From: Minisyncoccia bacterium
GTDB lineage: Bacteria > Patescibacteriota > Minisyncoccia > SW-4-49-11
Direction of reading: 5' to 3'
NCBI GenBank assembly: GCA_044356725.1
Contig: JBIKVS010000003.1
Location: 34,446-98,445 of the forward strand
Length of the DNA stretch: 64,000 nucleotides
The stretch's first letter is position 1; every line of letters starts with the position of its first letter. Shown here piece after piece: positions 40,719-50,698 of this stretch. Below the pieces are notes generated by a model. It was not told the DNA's origin and made no database searches. It saw only the letters and a list, made by a program, of their open reading frames with translations. Position numbers and translations under genes: made by a program.

Positions 40719-41546
40719 TTACAATAAAATGTCAATACCTGTCATATAATTTTTAACTTCTTGAATTTGTATTTTTCTTTTTTTAAGTTTATCTATCACA
40801 TCAGGATGAGGGTGTTTATAAGAATTGTTAGCTCCAGCTGATATAATTACTTGTTTAGGGGTGATGGCATCTAGTAATTTTTCTGAAGTAGAAGTTTTAC
40901 TACCATGATGTCCTGCTTTTAGTATATCTACATTTAGTTGAGGGTATTTTTGCAAAATTGTTAGTTCTGTTTTCTCATCCGCATCTCCAGTCAAAAGGAT
41001 AGTATTATTAGCACTTCTCAATAGCATTACTATCGATTCTGGATTATCATCCTTGATATCTTTGCCCCAAAGATTAGTTTGAGGGTTTAATAAGTGTAAT
41101 TCTATACTATCCCCCAGAGTTATATAAGTATTTGTAATAGCTGGTAAAATTTGAATTCCCTCCTGTTGAATAAATTCTAATAGTTCTTGATAATCTGGAT
41201 TCTTACTATCAAAAACTCCATTAATCATTACTTTGGTAACTTTATATCTCTCAATTACATCTCGGCAACCTCCATAATGATCTTTATCTCCATGAGTGAT
41301 AATAATCATATCGATACGACGAACCCAAAAACCCAATTTAGATTCTAATTGGTCAATTATCTTGGAATCTGGACCACAATCAACAATAATCCTCGCTCCC
41401 CTCTTAGATGTAATAAATATAGCATCTCCCTGACCGATATTAAGAAAAGAGATTTTATCTAGTGGCTGAGATATTAGCCTATATTCTCTATATCCATATA
41501 TGAAGACCGTGACACTCAGGATAAAGACTATAATTTTAATTTTCAT
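40719..41546 (-). CDS. ComEC/Rec2 metallo-beta-lactamase (nuclease) domain, stand-alone
   Basis: NIGQGDA, THGDKDHYGG, TGD, GHHGS and N.YKHPH motifs. Confidence 0.92.
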   Translation of the reverse strand: MKIKIIVFILSVTVFIYGYREYRLISQPLDKISFLNIGQGDAIFITSKRGARIIVDCGPDSKIIDQLESKLGFWVRRIDMIIITHGDKDHYGGCRDVIERYKVTKVMINGVFDSKNPDYQELLEFIQQEGIQILPAITNTYITLGDSIELHLLNPQTNLWGKDIKDDNPESIVMLLRSANNTILLTGDADEKTELTILQKYPQLNVDILKAGHHGSKTSTSEKLLDAITPKQVIISAGANNSYKHPHPDVIDKLKKRKIQIQEVKNYMTGIDILL

Positions 41547-42966
41547 ATTTCTTTTTATGTATATACCAAAAATAACTTACTCCTAATATCATATATATTA
41601 ATATTACCATAAATCCAGTAATTTTAGGAATATTAATACTAGCCCAACTAATATTAGCTAAATATTGATTCATACTTAATACCAACTGAATTATAATCAC
41701 TAAAGGATAGGTAAAAATTGGCCATATAAAAAATAAACTAGTGATACTCCCCCAAGCCATAGCTAGTGGTATAATTGGGACAATTAGAATATTGGCTAAA
41801 ATTGATATAATAGAAATTTGACCAAAATAATAGATTAATATTGGCAATACTAGAATTTGAGCAAATAAAGTCTCTCCAATCATCGGTAAAATTCCCAAAC
41901 TTGGTATTCCCTCTGTATAACTTTTAAATACTTGACCATAAATAATCAATCCAATCACAGCTAAAAATGATAATTGAAATCCTATATCATAAGCAATATA
42001 TAAAGGATTTATTAGTACCAAAATAGTAGCACATAAAATTAATGGTCTCATACCTCCTACATATCTTTGTAATTGTTCAGCGGTAAGTATAAGTATAGCG
42101 AAAATACCAGCTCTCATAATAGAAGCCTCTGCTCCTGTCAAAAGAGTAAATATAATCATAATTGCAATAGTAATCCAAAATGAGATTTTTCTTGAAATTT
42201 GCCTATTAATCAATTGCTGGTAAACCAACATCACTATAATTGCCATATTATAACCTGAAACTGCCAGGACATGACTGACTCCAGTTTTTTTGAAAGACTC
42301 TTTGATATCACTAGGTAGGGTATCTGTATATCCAATTAAAATCCCTTTTAAAAACTCCCCCACTTGATTTGGGTATGTTGAGTCAATTCTATTTAGAATT
42401 ATATTCCTAATACTAGCAATCCACTTAATTCCACGACATTGCAATTGGCATTGAATTTCACCTAGCTTTTCATATTTAGAAACCGTCATATAAATATGAA
42501 TATTCCTGCCTAATAAAAATCTTTTAACCCCACTTTCACTTGGAATAGAAGTCTTAGCATTAACATTTAATTTATCCCCATATTCTAAACCTGCATTAGC
42601 TATAGTCATAAACGCCTTAGCTTGATACTCTGGAATATATATTTTATATTGATAGCCAAAAGATTGAATTTTAGGACTAGATTGAATAATAATATCTATG
42701 GATTCTAGTTTAGTTGGAATTTTAGTCTGGATATTGTTGTACTGAGTAATAATATTATTCACATAATATCCAAACCCTATCATTGCAAGTAAAGAGAATA
42801 ATAAGGCTAATAATCTAATATTTTTATATAGCCAATATACACAAATTATAAAAGGAATCGTAGCAATTATCCAAACCGATTGTAAAACAAAAAAAGAGCC
42901 TAATAAAGCTCCTATTAATATACCTATTTGAATAGATAAACTTATATTTGGTATTATATTTTTCAT
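41536..42966 (-). CDS. comEC: ComEC DNA-uptake channel (competence domain)
   Basis: G.SHVLAVSG.N, S.MRA and GFQLSF motifs; start reassigned to 42966 because the longer ORF overlaps tRNA-Val. Confidence 0.9.
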   Translation of the reverse strand: MKNIIPNISLSIQIGILIGALLGSFFVLQSVWIIATIPFIICVYWLYKNIRLLALLFSLLAMIGFGYYVNNIITQYNNIQTKIPTKLESIDIIIQSSPKIQSFGYQYKIYIPEYQAKAFMTIANAGLEYGDKLNVNAKTSIPSESGVKRFLLGRNIHIYMTVSKYEKLGEIQCQLQCRGIKWIASIRNIILNRIDSTYPNQVGEFLKGILIGYTDTLPSDIKESFKKTGVSHVLAVSGYNMAIIVMLVYQQLINRQISRKISFWITIAIMIIFTLLTGAEASIMRAGIFAILILTAEQLQRYVGGMRPLILCATILVLINPLYIAYDIGFQLSFLAVIGLIIYGQVFKSYTEGIPSLGILPMIGETLFAQILVLPILIYYFGQISIISILANILIVPIIPLAMAWGSITSLFFIWPIFTYPLVIIIQLVLSMNQYLANISWASINIPKITGFMVILIYMILGVSYFWYIHKKKYEN

Positions 42967-42968
42967 AG

Positions 42969-43042
42969 TGCGCATAAATGGATTCGAACCATTGACCTCA
43001 TCCACGTCAAGGATGCGCTCTAACCAACTGAGCTATATGCGC
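42969..43042 (-). tRNA. tRNA-Val(GAC), CCA not encoded
   Basis: GCGCATATAGCTCAGTTGGTTAGAGCGCATCC-TTGACGT-GGATGAGGTCAATGGTTCGAATCCATTTATGCGCA. Confidence 0.96.
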
Positions 43043-43080
43043 TTATAGATTATATTATAATAAATATTTTTTGATTTGTA

Positions 43081-43121
43081 AATTAATGGGAGATAGTAAT
43101 GAGACTACTCCCCCATTAATT
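43081..43121 (-). terminator. Hairpin after tig
   Basis: AATTAATGGGAG...CCCCATTAATT imperfect inverted repeat. Confidence 0.6.
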
Positions 43122-43132
43122 ATAAATTTATA

Positions 43133-44401
43133 TTACAGATTACCAAGATAATCTAATGCCATTTTATCTGTAATTTCAGCTGTAACTAGAGTTGTCAATC
43201 TAGCAAGATCAATATTTTCTTTTTCTTTATCAGAGTATATCTCTAAAATATGATGTATTCTATGTTGAACTTCTTTTGTATCAGCTTGGAAGTTCTGTTC
43301 TGCTGTAATAGCTTTTAATAAGAGCATTAATTTAACTCTAGCCTCTGCTTGTGGATTGGCTTCTTCCAATAATTGTTCTCTTGTTTTACCAGCTTGAGCC
43401 AGAGCATCATCTAGCGTATGTCCTGAGTATAAAGCTCTCTGTTCCATTTCTTGAATTAGTTTATCTTTTTCTGCAGTAACTAAGACTTCAGGTAATTCTA
43501 CTTTAATCTTATCCAAAATAGCATCTACCACAGCTTGAGTATAATTGGTTTGAATTTCTTGCTTTCTTTCAGCTACTAATCCTTCCTTGAGATTCTTTTC
43601 TAATTCAGCTATAGTTTTTTCTCCATTACTCAATTCTTTAGCAAATTCTTCATCCCAAGCTGGCAACTGTACTTCTTGTACCTCATTTACTGTAATAGAA
43701 AAATGTCCAACTTTACCAGCTATATCCTTATTATGATATTCATCTGGGAACTTAATATCAAATTCTTTTTTATCTCCAGCCTTAAGTCCAATAACTTCAT
43801 CTTCAAAACCTGGAATAAATTTACCAGCTCCAATCTCTACTGGCATTTTCTCAGATTTGTCAAATTCTTTTTTATCTACAGTCAATATATAGTCTAGACC
43901 TACAGTGTCTCCAGTTTTAGCTTCTCTTTCAACTACATTCTGAGTTCCACGAGATTTTTGTAAATACTGTTTAGCTGCCTCTACATCTTTATCTGTAATA
44001 TCTTCAGTTTCTTTAGTGATTTTAGAAACTAATTTTTTATAATCTGGGAGCTTTATTTCTGGCATTATACTAATAATAGCGGTATACTCTAGACTGTCTC
44101 TAGAGGCTTCCTCAGATAATTTAATCTCCGGATGGGCTAATGGTTCTAAATTTTCTTGTTGAATAGCTTGTTTGTAAGATTCATTAATAGCATACTCAAA
44201 AGTCTCATTTAATAAATCATTTGGATGAATTTGTTTGACTACTAACTCTTTTGGAGCCTCACCTTTACGGAATCCAGGTACTGTAATTTGTTTTGCTAAT
44301 CTTGCTGTAGTCTTATCAATATATTGAACCATTTCAGCCTGCTCAATTTGAATACTTAACTCTACCTGAGACTTCGGTAAATCTTTTTTCGTAATTTTCA
44401 T
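43133..44401 (-). CDS. tig: Trigger factor
   Basis: VPGFRKGEAP ribosome-binding motif; FIPGFED FKBP domain. Confidence 0.97.
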   Translation of the reverse strand: MKITKKDLPKSQVELSIQIEQAEMVQYIDKTTARLAKQITVPGFRKGEAPKELVVKQIHPNDLLNETFEYAINESYKQAIQQENLEPLAHPEIKLSEEASRDSLEYTAIISIMPEIKLPDYKKLVSKITKETEDITDKDVEAAKQYLQKSRGTQNVVEREAKTGDTVGLDYILTVDKKEFDKSEKMPVEIGAGKFIPGFEDEVIGLKAGDKKEFDIKFPDEYHNKDIAGKVGHFSITVNEVQEVQLPAWDEEFAKELSNGEKTIAELEKNLKEGLVAERKQEIQTNYTQAVVDAILDKIKVELPEVLVTAEKDKLIQEMEQRALYSGHTLDDALAQAGKTREQLLEEANPQAEARVKLMLLLKAITAEQNFQADTKEVQHRIHHILEIYSDKEKENIDLARLTTLVTAEITDKMALDYLGNL

Positions 44402-44550
44402 AAATTATAACTGTTTATAGATAGTAATGTTATTAATTGTAGCATAAAAAAGAGTTTTTTTCAAGTTTTTGTATTAGATGATATGATCGTAGACAAGTTG
44501 CAAAATAAAAAGTCAAAGGATGGAAGGAAAACATAGAGCATTATATAATT

Positions 44551-44814
44551 AACTGTCCTCCTTTGGAGGAGGTGGCACGAAGTGCCGGTGGTGGATATTA
44601 AGTTTCATATTATTACAAGTAAGAGTTTATTTTAGTATTTCATAGTTTGTCCTCCCTCCCCCGTCGCAAATAAGATTTGCTCCTGTGAAACCTCACGGTT
44701 TCCCAACCTTCCTCCACGGGAAAACTACCTTTTTCCCGACCCCTTTCCCAAAGGCTAAGGCCTTTTTACGGGTACTCCCTCCACTTGCCTCCCGTAGGGA
44801 TGGAAGGGAGACAA
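44551..44814 (-). repeat. REP-like cluster: type A copy (44551-44595) and type B copy with nested insertion (44648-44814)
   Basis: Reverse-complement homology to 19524-19620. Confidence 0.85.
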
Positions 44815-44960
44815 AATAAATTTCAACCTCAAAACAATGTCTACGATGTTTCTCATCTTTTTCAGGTTTGTGATTTTTATATCCATATCTAAATATACTA
44901 TCTTGTTATAAATATTAGTATAGGATATAATATAAACATATTAATAATATTATATTAATC

Positions 44961-45530
44961 GTGCAGAAGTTTTTCATTAATTTCAAAAATAACTATCCTC
45001 ACAGTTTAATTTTACTATTCTTCTCTATCACTGGGTTTTGGGCTGCCTTTACAATCAGTTTTGAGAAGTATATGATTTTAAATAATCCACTTTACACCCC
45101 TGGATGTAGTATTAATGCTTGGATTGATTGTGGAAAGGTGATGGATAGTCAATATGCAGCTATGTTTAGCTTTCCTAATTCTTGGCTTGGATTGATGGGC
45201 TGGCCAATGGCTTGGCTTACTGTATTATATTTGATTACTCATAAAAAACTATCTAAATCTTTTATGATAATTGCGATGACAATTACCATTCCAGCTGTAA
45301 TTATTTCATATATTTGGACTTATTTGGCTTTTTTTGAAATTGGAGCTGTTTGTCCGTGGTGCATCCTATCTTGTGTATCAGCTACTTTGGCTTCAATGAC
45401 TTTAGTTGACCTAAATCGTAGACAAGGATTTATAAAATTCCCTATTCAATCTTTTAATACTTGGACTATTAGCTTAGCACTTTGGTTTGGATTATGGGTA
45501 GTTTTATTGTATATTGCAATATTTAAGTAG
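44961..45530 (+). CDS. Vitamin K epoxide reductase (VKOR) family protein
   Basis: C.IN....C..V..S loop cysteines, FPNS.LG, CPWC. Confidence 0.92.
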   Translation: MQKFFINFKNNYPHSLILLFFSITGFWAAFTISFEKYMILNNPLYTPGCSINAWIDCGKVMDSQYAAMFSFPNSWLGLMGWPMAWLTVLYLITHKKLSKSFMIIAMTITIPAVIISYIWTYLAFFEIGAVCPWCILSCVSATLASMTLVDLNRRQGFIKFPIQSFNTWTISLALWFGLWVVLLYIAIFK

Positions 45531-45561
45531 ATTTGGGACTCATGCAAAATGTTGGAATAGT

Positions 45562-46278
45562 TTAATTTATATAAATTTTTTTAGATTTTAGTCTTAAGTG
45601 TTTGATTGTGAAAATCATTCCAATAAATAATGGTATACATATGATAAAATAAAATCCAACTATTATTCCCGAACCTCTTATCCCTGATAATTCTATTACT
45701 AAATTCCATAGCCCATGGAACAATATCCCTGCTAAAGCAAGCCAAATACCATTCATTTTATCATTATACTTAAAATATAATACTAAACCATAAGTAAATA
45801 AGAAACTTGAGATAATATGGATAATCAGTGCTGTAAATGCTCTTAGCACTAGAAGCTGCTGTATAGCTCCAAAATTATCTTTATAGTAATTAAGTACATA
45901 AGCTAAGTTCTCAATTCCAGCGAATCCAAGAGCCAATGTAGCTGCATATACAAATGTATCTATCGGCTCATCCCAGCGTTTAGTACTAATTGCAAACCAA
46001 TATACGAAAGCTCCTTTGAATATCTCTTCGCTCAAGGCTCCAAAAATAAATTTATTTAAGGTATCTGAGGTTGGGATTAATAATATATCTAAGACCTCTC
46101 TACCCCAAATTGCCACTAATACTATAGGTACTGCTATAAAACTACCTAATAAAAAAGCTTTAGCTATATCTGTAGATTGCTCTGGGTGAACATCTTGAGC
46201 CAGTACAAACCACAGCCAAGCAAAGCTAGGTATATATGCAAGCACTATAGTTATAATTAATGGAGTATATTCAATCAT
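45562..46278 (-). CDS. prsW: PrsW-family intramembrane metalloprotease
   Basis: EEIFK, GFA.IEN and H..WN motifs. Confidence 0.88.
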   Translation of the reverse strand: MIEYTPLIITIVLAYIPSFAWLWFVLAQDVHPEQSTDIAKAFLLGSFIAVPIVLVAIWGREVLDILLIPTSDTLNKFIFGALSEEIFKGAFVYWFAISTKRWDEPIDTFVYAATLALGFAGIENLAYVLNYYKDNFGAIQQLLVLRAFTALIIHIISSFLFTYGLVLYFKYNDKMNGIWLALAGILFHGLWNLVIELSGIRGSGIIVGFYFIICIPLFIGMIFTIKHLRLKSKKIYIN

Positions 46279-46290
46279 AAAAATTTTATA

Positions 46291-47229
46291 TTATATTTTT
46301 TTCATTTGCTGATGTAAATATGAAACTTCTTCTTCTATATTAACACCAAATTCTTGAGATACCTTGTCTTTTACTATTTGAATTAATTTCATAACTTCCT
46401 CAAACTTGCCATCTCCAGTATTAATCATATAGTTTGCATGTTTATCACTAACTTGTATTCCTCCATAACTAATACCTTTGAGCCCAGCTTTTTCTATCAA
46501 ATATCCACTTGGAATAATTCCGTTCTCAACAAATTTAGCTAAATCTGGATATTTATCATATAGTGATTTATCAATATCACCCTCATAATTTTTAAATATA
46601 CACCCCGAACAAGCTACTCCAACTGGCTGATTTTGATTTTTTTTAATAATATTATCTCGTACTTGCTTCTGACTACTTGCAACATCTCCTGTCTCTAATT
46701 CAAATAATCCTCCCAATATAATATCTTTATTATTTGGAGCCTTAAATCCACTATATCTATATTGAAAATCTAATGCCGTAGATTCAATATCTATGATTTG
46801 TCCTTCTCTATATACTCTCACTTGTTTTAATTTGTCTTTAGTCTCTCCTCCAAAAGCTCCAGCATTACCCCGAATTGCCCCTCCAACACTAGATGGCACA
46901 GATGGAGCCCATTCCAGACCAGTTAAACTATGTTTATGCCCTAAAGCTGTAAGAGCTGCCAGAGACAAACCGGCTTCTGCGAATACTAATGTCTCTTTTA
47001 TTGCTATATTTTTAGCATTCATTTTTAAAATGAGTCCATCAATATCATCATCTGTAATAAGAAGATTACATCCAGCTCCAATAATCCCTATGGGCAAATT
47101 ATTTTCTTGAGCAAATCTTAAAGCTTCAATAACATCATCATTATTATCAGTAAAAACAACATACTTTGCCTTACCTCCTATTTTGAAAGTTGACAAATCC
47201 TTTAAGGCTATATTTTCTCTTATATTCAT
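46291..47229 (-). CDS. murB: UDP-N-acetylenolpyruvoylglucosamine reductase
   Basis: TFKIGGKA, NAGAFG, F.YR.S, GCIFKN, S.KHAN. Confidence 0.96.
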   Translation of the reverse strand: MNIRENIALKDLSTFKIGGKAKYVVFTDNNDDVIEALRFAQENNLPIGIIGAGCNLLITDDDIDGLILKMNAKNIAIKETLVFAEAGLSLAALTALGHKHSLTGLEWAPSVPSSVGGAIRGNAGAFGGETKDKLKQVRVYREGQIIDIESTALDFQYRYSGFKAPNNKDIILGGLFELETGDVASSQKQVRDNIIKKNQNQPVGVACSGCIFKNYEGDIDKSLYDKYPDLAKFVENGIIPSGYLIEKAGLKGISYGGIQVSDKHANYMINTGDGKFEEVMKLIQIVKDKVSQEFGVNIEEEVSYLHQQMKKI

Positions 47230-47234
47230 ATCTT

Positions 47235-49544
47235 CTACTTAATTTGTACTCCTATGTATTCGTCTGTTCTTAAGACTCCATCTGTTACTTTATATCCTGT
47301 TTCTCCTTGTTCTAATTCAAAGGATGATTTTTGCCATATAGATTTTTTATTTTTAGGTAATTCTAGGCTATATTGATATTTAATTCCCAAGGTACCTGAC
47401 TGCTTTTGTAATATTAAAGAATATATATCATAAGAATTTAGTTCAAATGGCAATTCATATTCTACCATAACTTGACTAGTTTCCCCAGGCTTAGTCACAA
47501 CCCAACCACCTATAACTAATTTACCACTTTCTTCAAAAATATCAATGTCCCAATCTTCATTATGAACTAAAGTTTCACTAATAGACTTTAAGTCGGTATC
47601 TTGTTCATAGCCAGCCACTCCCTCTAATACTGGCTTTTCACCTCTATCTGTATATCCTGAAGCATTTAGAATACGAGAACCTTTAGGAATGTATGTCCTC
47701 ATATAATTTATACTATCTTGATTCCACCATTCAAATTCAGTATTACCACCTTTATGCTCTCTGGTGACTATAACTTTATTAATTACCTTCCCATTGTCTT
47801 GTATTTTACTTGCTATATTTAAATTTTCTTGCATTACTCCATCTGTCTTATATCCTCCAATATTACTATGTACAATTGATAAATAATCTTTAGGGGCATT
47901 GTATAAATTACCTCCCAAATTATATTTAGTTACCATATCTTGTAGCTTAGGATCTAGGAAATATAATAATACTTGTTTCTCTTGAAATGAATTATTCAAG
48001 GCTTCAATAATTTTTTGATATTGACTAGCATCTGATGATAATAGCTTGTTTATAAGCATTGGAGCTAAATCAGCTATAAATTGTTTAGGCTTATTCTCTA
48101 CTTTATCATAAGCTACCCCTGTCTGATATTGAGTAATCTTAACAAAATTATCGGAGTTTATAGTTACTCCATACTCTTCCAAAGTGACTGGTCCGGTAAT
48201 TAAAAGTAATCTTTCGATAACAGTAGGAGTGAGAGAAATAATCCCGTCTGGAGTAGCTCCACCTGTTTTTTCATAAAATGAAATTATTTTTTTAGCACTA
48301 GTTGGGAAATCAGCAAACCAATTGGAATCTCTCAAATACCAGCGGGGAGTTAATTCTTGTAAAGGTTCTGGGGCTAAAACATTTTTTAATAATTGACCAT
48401 CTGGATTATATATTTCTTTAATATCCAGCTTTTTTACCACTCCTCGATCGATATTCATCATTCCAAAACTACCAATAAATCCTCCTGTGGCTCTTAGTTC
48501 TTGATTGTTTTGAAATATAAAAACATATCTTTTTACAATATCACTACCTACAAAATTAAGAAATATATCAATATAAGGTTCAGAGTCAAGAATAGCTTGT
48601 CTTAACTTAGGAATATCTTGATTTAATTGTCTTAATACCTCACCTCTATGTCCAGGAACTAAATTAATGGGTAATTTACCAAGATTAGTATTTAATTCTT
48701 CTAAAATTGGAACTAATTTTAGATTTAATTCTTTGATTTTTTCAATACCATCCACTATAGTCACTTGTTTAGTATTATCAAAAGGATTTATCTCATTTGA
48801 TATAAAAGGTTCTATGGCGATGGATAATTCACTTGTAATCGTGATAACTTCTGATACATTAGAGGTAAGATTACTTCCATTTTGTATAATTGATAATCCA
48901 GGTAAAATAGATAATAATATATTAAGATTACCTTGTATAGAAGCTATGTCTTGAGAACTTTTATCAAGCCCATTGGCTATTTCACTAAGTGAGGTTGATA
49001 AAGTATTTAAATTCTCAGTATTAGTAGATTTGAGTAAATTTTCACTTGCTGCTGCTTGTAATAATAAATTATCTTTCACTCGCATTCCGTTATTAGCCAT
49101 ACGAAGTGATGGAATCGTCATTGCAATTATAAGACATATTGATATAAAAACTCCCATTGAAGCTCGCGCTGCATAAATTGTTTGGGTATTTATCGTAAAC
49201 AGTTGTTTTATTTGATTAGTGAATTTATATCTATCATAGTTATATTTTTTAGCTGATATTGGGATAAAGTCTATTCTAAGAGGAATGGTGTCTATATTTG
49301 ATTCTATTACTACTATCTCTTCCTCCTCTTGTCTCTCATCATCTAATGGTAAATTAAACTCTAAAATATCTAGATTCTCAACAGAATGAATCATTTTTTC
49401 TTCTCCTATCAAAGGAATATTAAAGTTATCAGGCGAAGAAATGCCTTGTTTTAAATGGTCATTTTGATGAATATATTTTTTTACCTCCCTCGATTGGATT
49501 TGATGGTTTTTCAAATCTATAATCGATGAGCTTTTTTTTGTCAT
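47235..49544 (-). CDS. DUF4012-domain membrane protein
   Basis: FQNNQELRATGGFIGS and RDSNWF.DFP.SA motifs. Confidence 0.8.
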   Translation of the reverse strand: MTKKSSSIIDLKNHQIQSREVKKYIHQNDHLKQGISSPDNFNIPLIGEEKMIHSVENLDILEFNLPLDDERQEEEEIVVIESNIDTIPLRIDFIPISAKKYNYDRYKFTNQIKQLFTINTQTIYAARASMGVFISICLIIAMTIPSLRMANNGMRVKDNLLLQAAASENLLKSTNTENLNTLSTSLSEIANGLDKSSQDIASIQGNLNILLSILPGLSIIQNGSNLTSNVSEVITITSELSIAIEPFISNEINPFDNTKQVTIVDGIEKIKELNLKLVPILEELNTNLGKLPINLVPGHRGEVLRQLNQDIPKLRQAILDSEPYIDIFLNFVGSDIVKRYVFIFQNNQELRATGGFIGSFGMMNIDRGVVKKLDIKEIYNPDGQLLKNVLAPEPLQELTPRWYLRDSNWFADFPTSAKKIISFYEKTGGATPDGIISLTPTVIERLLLITGPVTLEEYGVTINSDNFVKITQYQTGVAYDKVENKPKQFIADLAPMLINKLLSSDASQYQKIIEALNNSFQEKQVLLYFLDPKLQDMVTKYNLGGNLYNAPKDYLSIVHSNIGGYKTDGVMQENLNIASKIQDNGKVINKVIVTREHKGGNTEFEWWNQDSINYMRTYIPKGSRILNASGYTDRGEKPVLEGVAGYEQDTDLKSISETLVHNEDWDIDIFEESGKLVIGGWVVTKPGETSQVMVEYELPFELNSYDIYSLILQKQSGTLGIKYQYSLELPKNKKSIWQKSSFELEQGETGYKVTDGVLRTDEYIGVQIK

Positions 49545-49554
49545 ATAGTAATTT

Positions 49555-50694
49555 TTATAGCTTACTTTTATTATACAATTTTTTTGTACTTTCTGCCATA
49601 TCTGACCAAGAGTATTTATTCAAAATATCTTGATGATATTTTTTTTGTAATTCACGTTTTTTATTATCCTTAATAAAGTTATACAGTACCTCTTGCATAT
49701 TATCTGTAGATTTTGGATCAAAATATTCTATATATTCTCCAAAAATTTCAGGTAAACAAGTAGCATTCGAGATAACTATTGGAGCTCCTAAAGCAATAGC
49801 TTCTAGTGGAGGTAATCCAAAGCCTTCATATAAAGATGGAAATACATAAAACAAACTATTCTCATACAAAGATATAAGTTCTTCATCCGGTACATAACCT
49901 GGAAAGATAACTGATTTCTCTAAATCTAGACTTTTTACTTGTTCAATAATATTCTCAAAAAAATAATCTTTTTTACCTACTAGTACTAATTTAAGGTCTT
50001 TATCAATGTCTTTTCTTTGTTTTAAGGTATAAAAGACATCGATTAATTTATCTATATTTTTATGTGGATAGACATTCCCTACATATAATATATATTTACT
50101 AGGCTTTATTTTAAATTTATCAAAATTAAATTTTTGAGAGTTTAGAGGGTTAAATCGTTCTAAATCAACTCCTTCATAAATCATTGTCATTTTATTTTGT
50201 GAAATATGAAAATGCTTATAAATAGATTGTTGTGTATATTTAGATATAGTAATTACTTTTTTAGAGGTATATACCGCATTCATAATAGCCAATCTATAGC
50301 CTAGATTTTTCACCCAATACATAATGGAATTTAGTTTTGATGCTTTACGAGTTGGGTATTCTAATAAGATAAGGTCGTGTATAGTCACAAAATATGGTTT
50401 TCTATAAAATAATGGTATATTAAAGTGTAAAAAGTGTACTAAATTTAATTTATATTTGCTTAGAATTCTAGGAAATATAATCTGTTCTTGCCAAGAATAC
50501 CAAGGAATATTAGCTAAAACTTTATGGAAATTAGGGTTTTTAGGAATATATTCGTCAAAATTATGCTTATTTAGAAAAATATAATATTGATTATTATGAT
50601 CAATTTTCTCCAACTCCTCTACTAGCTTTTGGGTATATCTACCTAAGCCTTTCCCACTAGTTCCAAAAAATCTAGCATCTATCCCGATTTTCAT
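49555..50694 (-). CDS. Glycosyltransferase family 4
   Basis: MKIGIDAR, TIHD, PHKN, FPSLYEGFGLPPLEA. Confidence 0.93.
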   Translation of the reverse strand: MKIGIDARFFGTSGKGLGRYTQKLVEELEKIDHNNQYYIFLNKHNFDEYIPKNPNFHKVLANIPWYSWQEQIIFPRILSKYKLNLVHFLHFNIPLFYRKPYFVTIHDLILLEYPTRKASKLNSIMYWVKNLGYRLAIMNAVYTSKKVITISKYTQQSIYKHFHISQNKMTMIYEGVDLERFNPLNSQKFNFDKFKIKPSKYILYVGNVYPHKNIDKLIDVFYTLKQRKDIDKDLKLVLVGKKDYFFENIIEQVKSLDLEKSVIFPGYVPDEELISLYENSLFYVFPSLYEGFGLPPLEAIALGAPIVISNATCLPEIFGEYIEYFDPKSTDNMQEVLYNFIKDNKKRELQKKYHQDILNKYSWSDMAESTKKLYNKSKL

Positions 50695-50698
50695 AATA

